Below, piece after piece: positions 32,889-33,972 of a DNA stretch of 33,972 bases (positions are counted from its first letter, which is position 1; each line of letters starts with the position of its first letter). The notes beneath the pieces were generated by a model. It saw only the letters and a list, made by a program, of their open reading frames with translations. It was not told the DNA's origin and made no database searches. The translations under genes and the position numbers were made by a program. The DNA is from Acidimicrobiia bacterium (GTDB taxonomy: Bacteria > Actinomycetota > Acidimicrobiia > Acidimicrobiales > GCA-2861595). The stretch covers positions 1 through 33,972 of the forward strand of contig JBKHXC010000307.1 in the NCBI GenBank assembly GCA_046566225.1, read 5' to 3'.

Positions 32889-33972
32889 CTACTGCCGGCA
32901 CGGCGAGGGGATGCCGAGGGCGGCCAGGGCCTCGGCCAGGGTGGCCGGGCGCACCACGCGCAGGCCGGAGGCGGCCTCCGGCGAGGAGGGCGGAACCATG
33001 GCCCGCCGGAACCCCAGCCGCCCGGCCTCGGCCAGCCGCCGCCCGGCCGAGGCGACCTGGCGCAGCTCGCCCCCCAGGCCCACCTCGCCGCAGGCCACCA
33101 GGTCGGGCGGGAGGGCGACGCCCGTGCGGGCCGAGGCCAGCGCCAGGGCCACGGCCAGGTCGGCGGCGGGCTCGGTGACCCGCACGCCTCCCACGGCCGA
33201 GGCGTAGACGTCGGCCTTGCCGAACGTCATCCCGGCCCGCTCGGCGAGGACGGCCAGGACCAGGGCCAGGCGGCCGCCGTCGAGGCCCTGGGCCGACCGG
33301 CGGGGCATGGGGAGTTCGGTGGGCGACACCAGGCCCTGGACCTCCACCAGCAGCGGCCGCCGGCCCTCCATGGCGGGGACCACGACCGAGCCGGGCACGC
33401 CGGGGCGGCGGTCGGCCAGGAACAGGGCGCCGGCGTCGGGCACGCCGACCAGGCCGGTGCCCGCCATCTCGAACAGCCCCAGCTCCCCGGTGGCCCCGAA
33501 GCGGTGCTTGACCGCCCGCAGCAGGAGCAGCGAGTGGTGGCGCTCGCCCTCGAAGGACAGCACGGTGTCCACCACGTGCTCCAGGACCCGGGGGCCGGCC
33601 AGGGCGCCCTCCTTGGTCACGTGCCCCACCAGCACGGTGGCCAGCCCCCGCTCCTTGGCCAGCGCCACCAGCCGGGCCGCGCACTCGCGCACCTGGGCGA
33701 CCGAGCCGGGCGCCGAGGCCACGTCGGGGTCGAACACGGTCTGGATGGAGTCCACCACCACCACGTCGGGGCGCACCTCGTCGACCGCCGCCAGGACCGC
33801 CGGCAGCGACGTCTCCGCCACCAGCCACAGGCCGGGGTCCACGGCCGCCATGCGCTCGGCCCGCTGCCGCACCTGCTGGCCCGACTCCTCGGCCGTCGCC
33901 AGCAGGCAGCAGGCGCCGGCGGCGGCCATGGCGGCCGCCGCCTGGAGGAGGAGGGTGGACTTGCCGATGCCC
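32889..33972 (-). CDS. radA: DNA repair protein RadA (Sms), C-terminal ~361 codons; 5' end beyond window
   Basis: The window end encodes Walker A ...GIGKSTLLLQ. Walker B VVVVDSIQ. RadA-specific KNRFG variant VKHRFGATGELGLFEM. Lon-protease-like C-terminal domain (DVYASAVGGVRVTEPAADLAVALALAS). Confidence 0.93.
   Translation of the reverse strand, partial: GIGKSTLLLQAAAAMAAAGACCLLATAEESGQQVRQRAERMAAVDPGLWLVAETSLPAVLAAVDEVRPDVVVVDSIQTVFDPDVASAPGSVAQVRECAARLVALAKERGLATVLVGHVTKEGALAGPRVLEHVVDTVLSFEGERHHSLLLLRAVKHRFGATGELGLFEMAGTGLVGVPDAGALFLADRRPGVPGSVVVPAMEGRRPLLVEVQGLVSPTELPMPRRSAQGLDGGRLALVLAVLAERAGMTFGKADVYASAVGGVRVTEPAADLAVALALASARTGVALPPDLVACGEVGLGGELRQVASAGRRLAEAGRLGFRRAMVPPSSPEAASGLRVVRPATLAEALAALGIPSPCRQ

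Noticed and set aside
31810-33828. 886-aa minus-strand ORF whose C-terminus is the dienelactone hydrolase
   Set aside because: Everything upstream of 31809 is out of frame over disA and radA, both of which have unmistakable motifs, and consists of R/G/P/A repeats.

Overview
Very GC-rich (by eye >70 %) core chromosomal segment. It looks like a high-GC Gram-positive (Actinomycetota-like) genome: HemQ, CarD, DisA/RadA, a DUF3263 + LytR_C pair, a stand-alone groEL with CIRCE operators and a GlnR-type box upstream of amt. A fused ispDF and a Bacillus-type sigma-H hint at a deep-branching lineage such as Acidimicrobiia, which is inference only. I can support 37 protein-coding genes (2 cut by the window ends), one tRNA-Thr(UGU) and several cis elements. 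In order: amt (5' end); a single-Cys CoA-disulfide-reductase/NADH-oxidase family flavoprotein; a tightly coupled 5-gene minus-strand operon (LarE-like PP-loop sulfur transferase, stand-alone NIL domain, DUF2993/LmeA-like protein, 2 hypotheticals); a Liv-type branched-chain amino-acid ABC transporter (SBP, LivH, fused LivM-LivG, LivF); a lipoprotein / atypical FtsH-like protease / HemQ operon; a SpoIID/LytB protein; groEL; an orphan receiver; a SAM-riboswitch-controlled ThrC-like + MoaD/ThiS-like pair; glycerate kinase + AI-2E transporter; otsA/otsB; a lipoprotein; LytR_C + DUF3263; tRNA-Thr; a Bacillus SigH-type sigma factor; rlmB; ispDF; a PIN-TRAM membrane protein; carD; a Crp/Fnr regulator; a dienelactone hydrolase; disA; radA. 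No rRNA, CRISPR array, transposase, integrase or prophage genes were seen. Items most worth a second look: (1) a ~46-48 nt interspersed repeat, with 3 full copies and one half copy, one of which supplies the last codons and stop codon of livF; (2) the FtsH-like protease, which has about 115 residues between Walker B and sensor-1; (3) the LarE-NIL-DUF2993 operon of unknown function; (4) a compact P4-less S-box-clan SAM riboswitch in front of a candidate MetM/MetO-type homocysteine route; (5) a Firmicutes-type sigH in conserved radA-to-sigH synteny; (6) livH, which has no in-frame ATG/GTG/TTG start. All coordinates and start choices were derived by hand from the sequence and the ORF track. No searches or folding programs were run.
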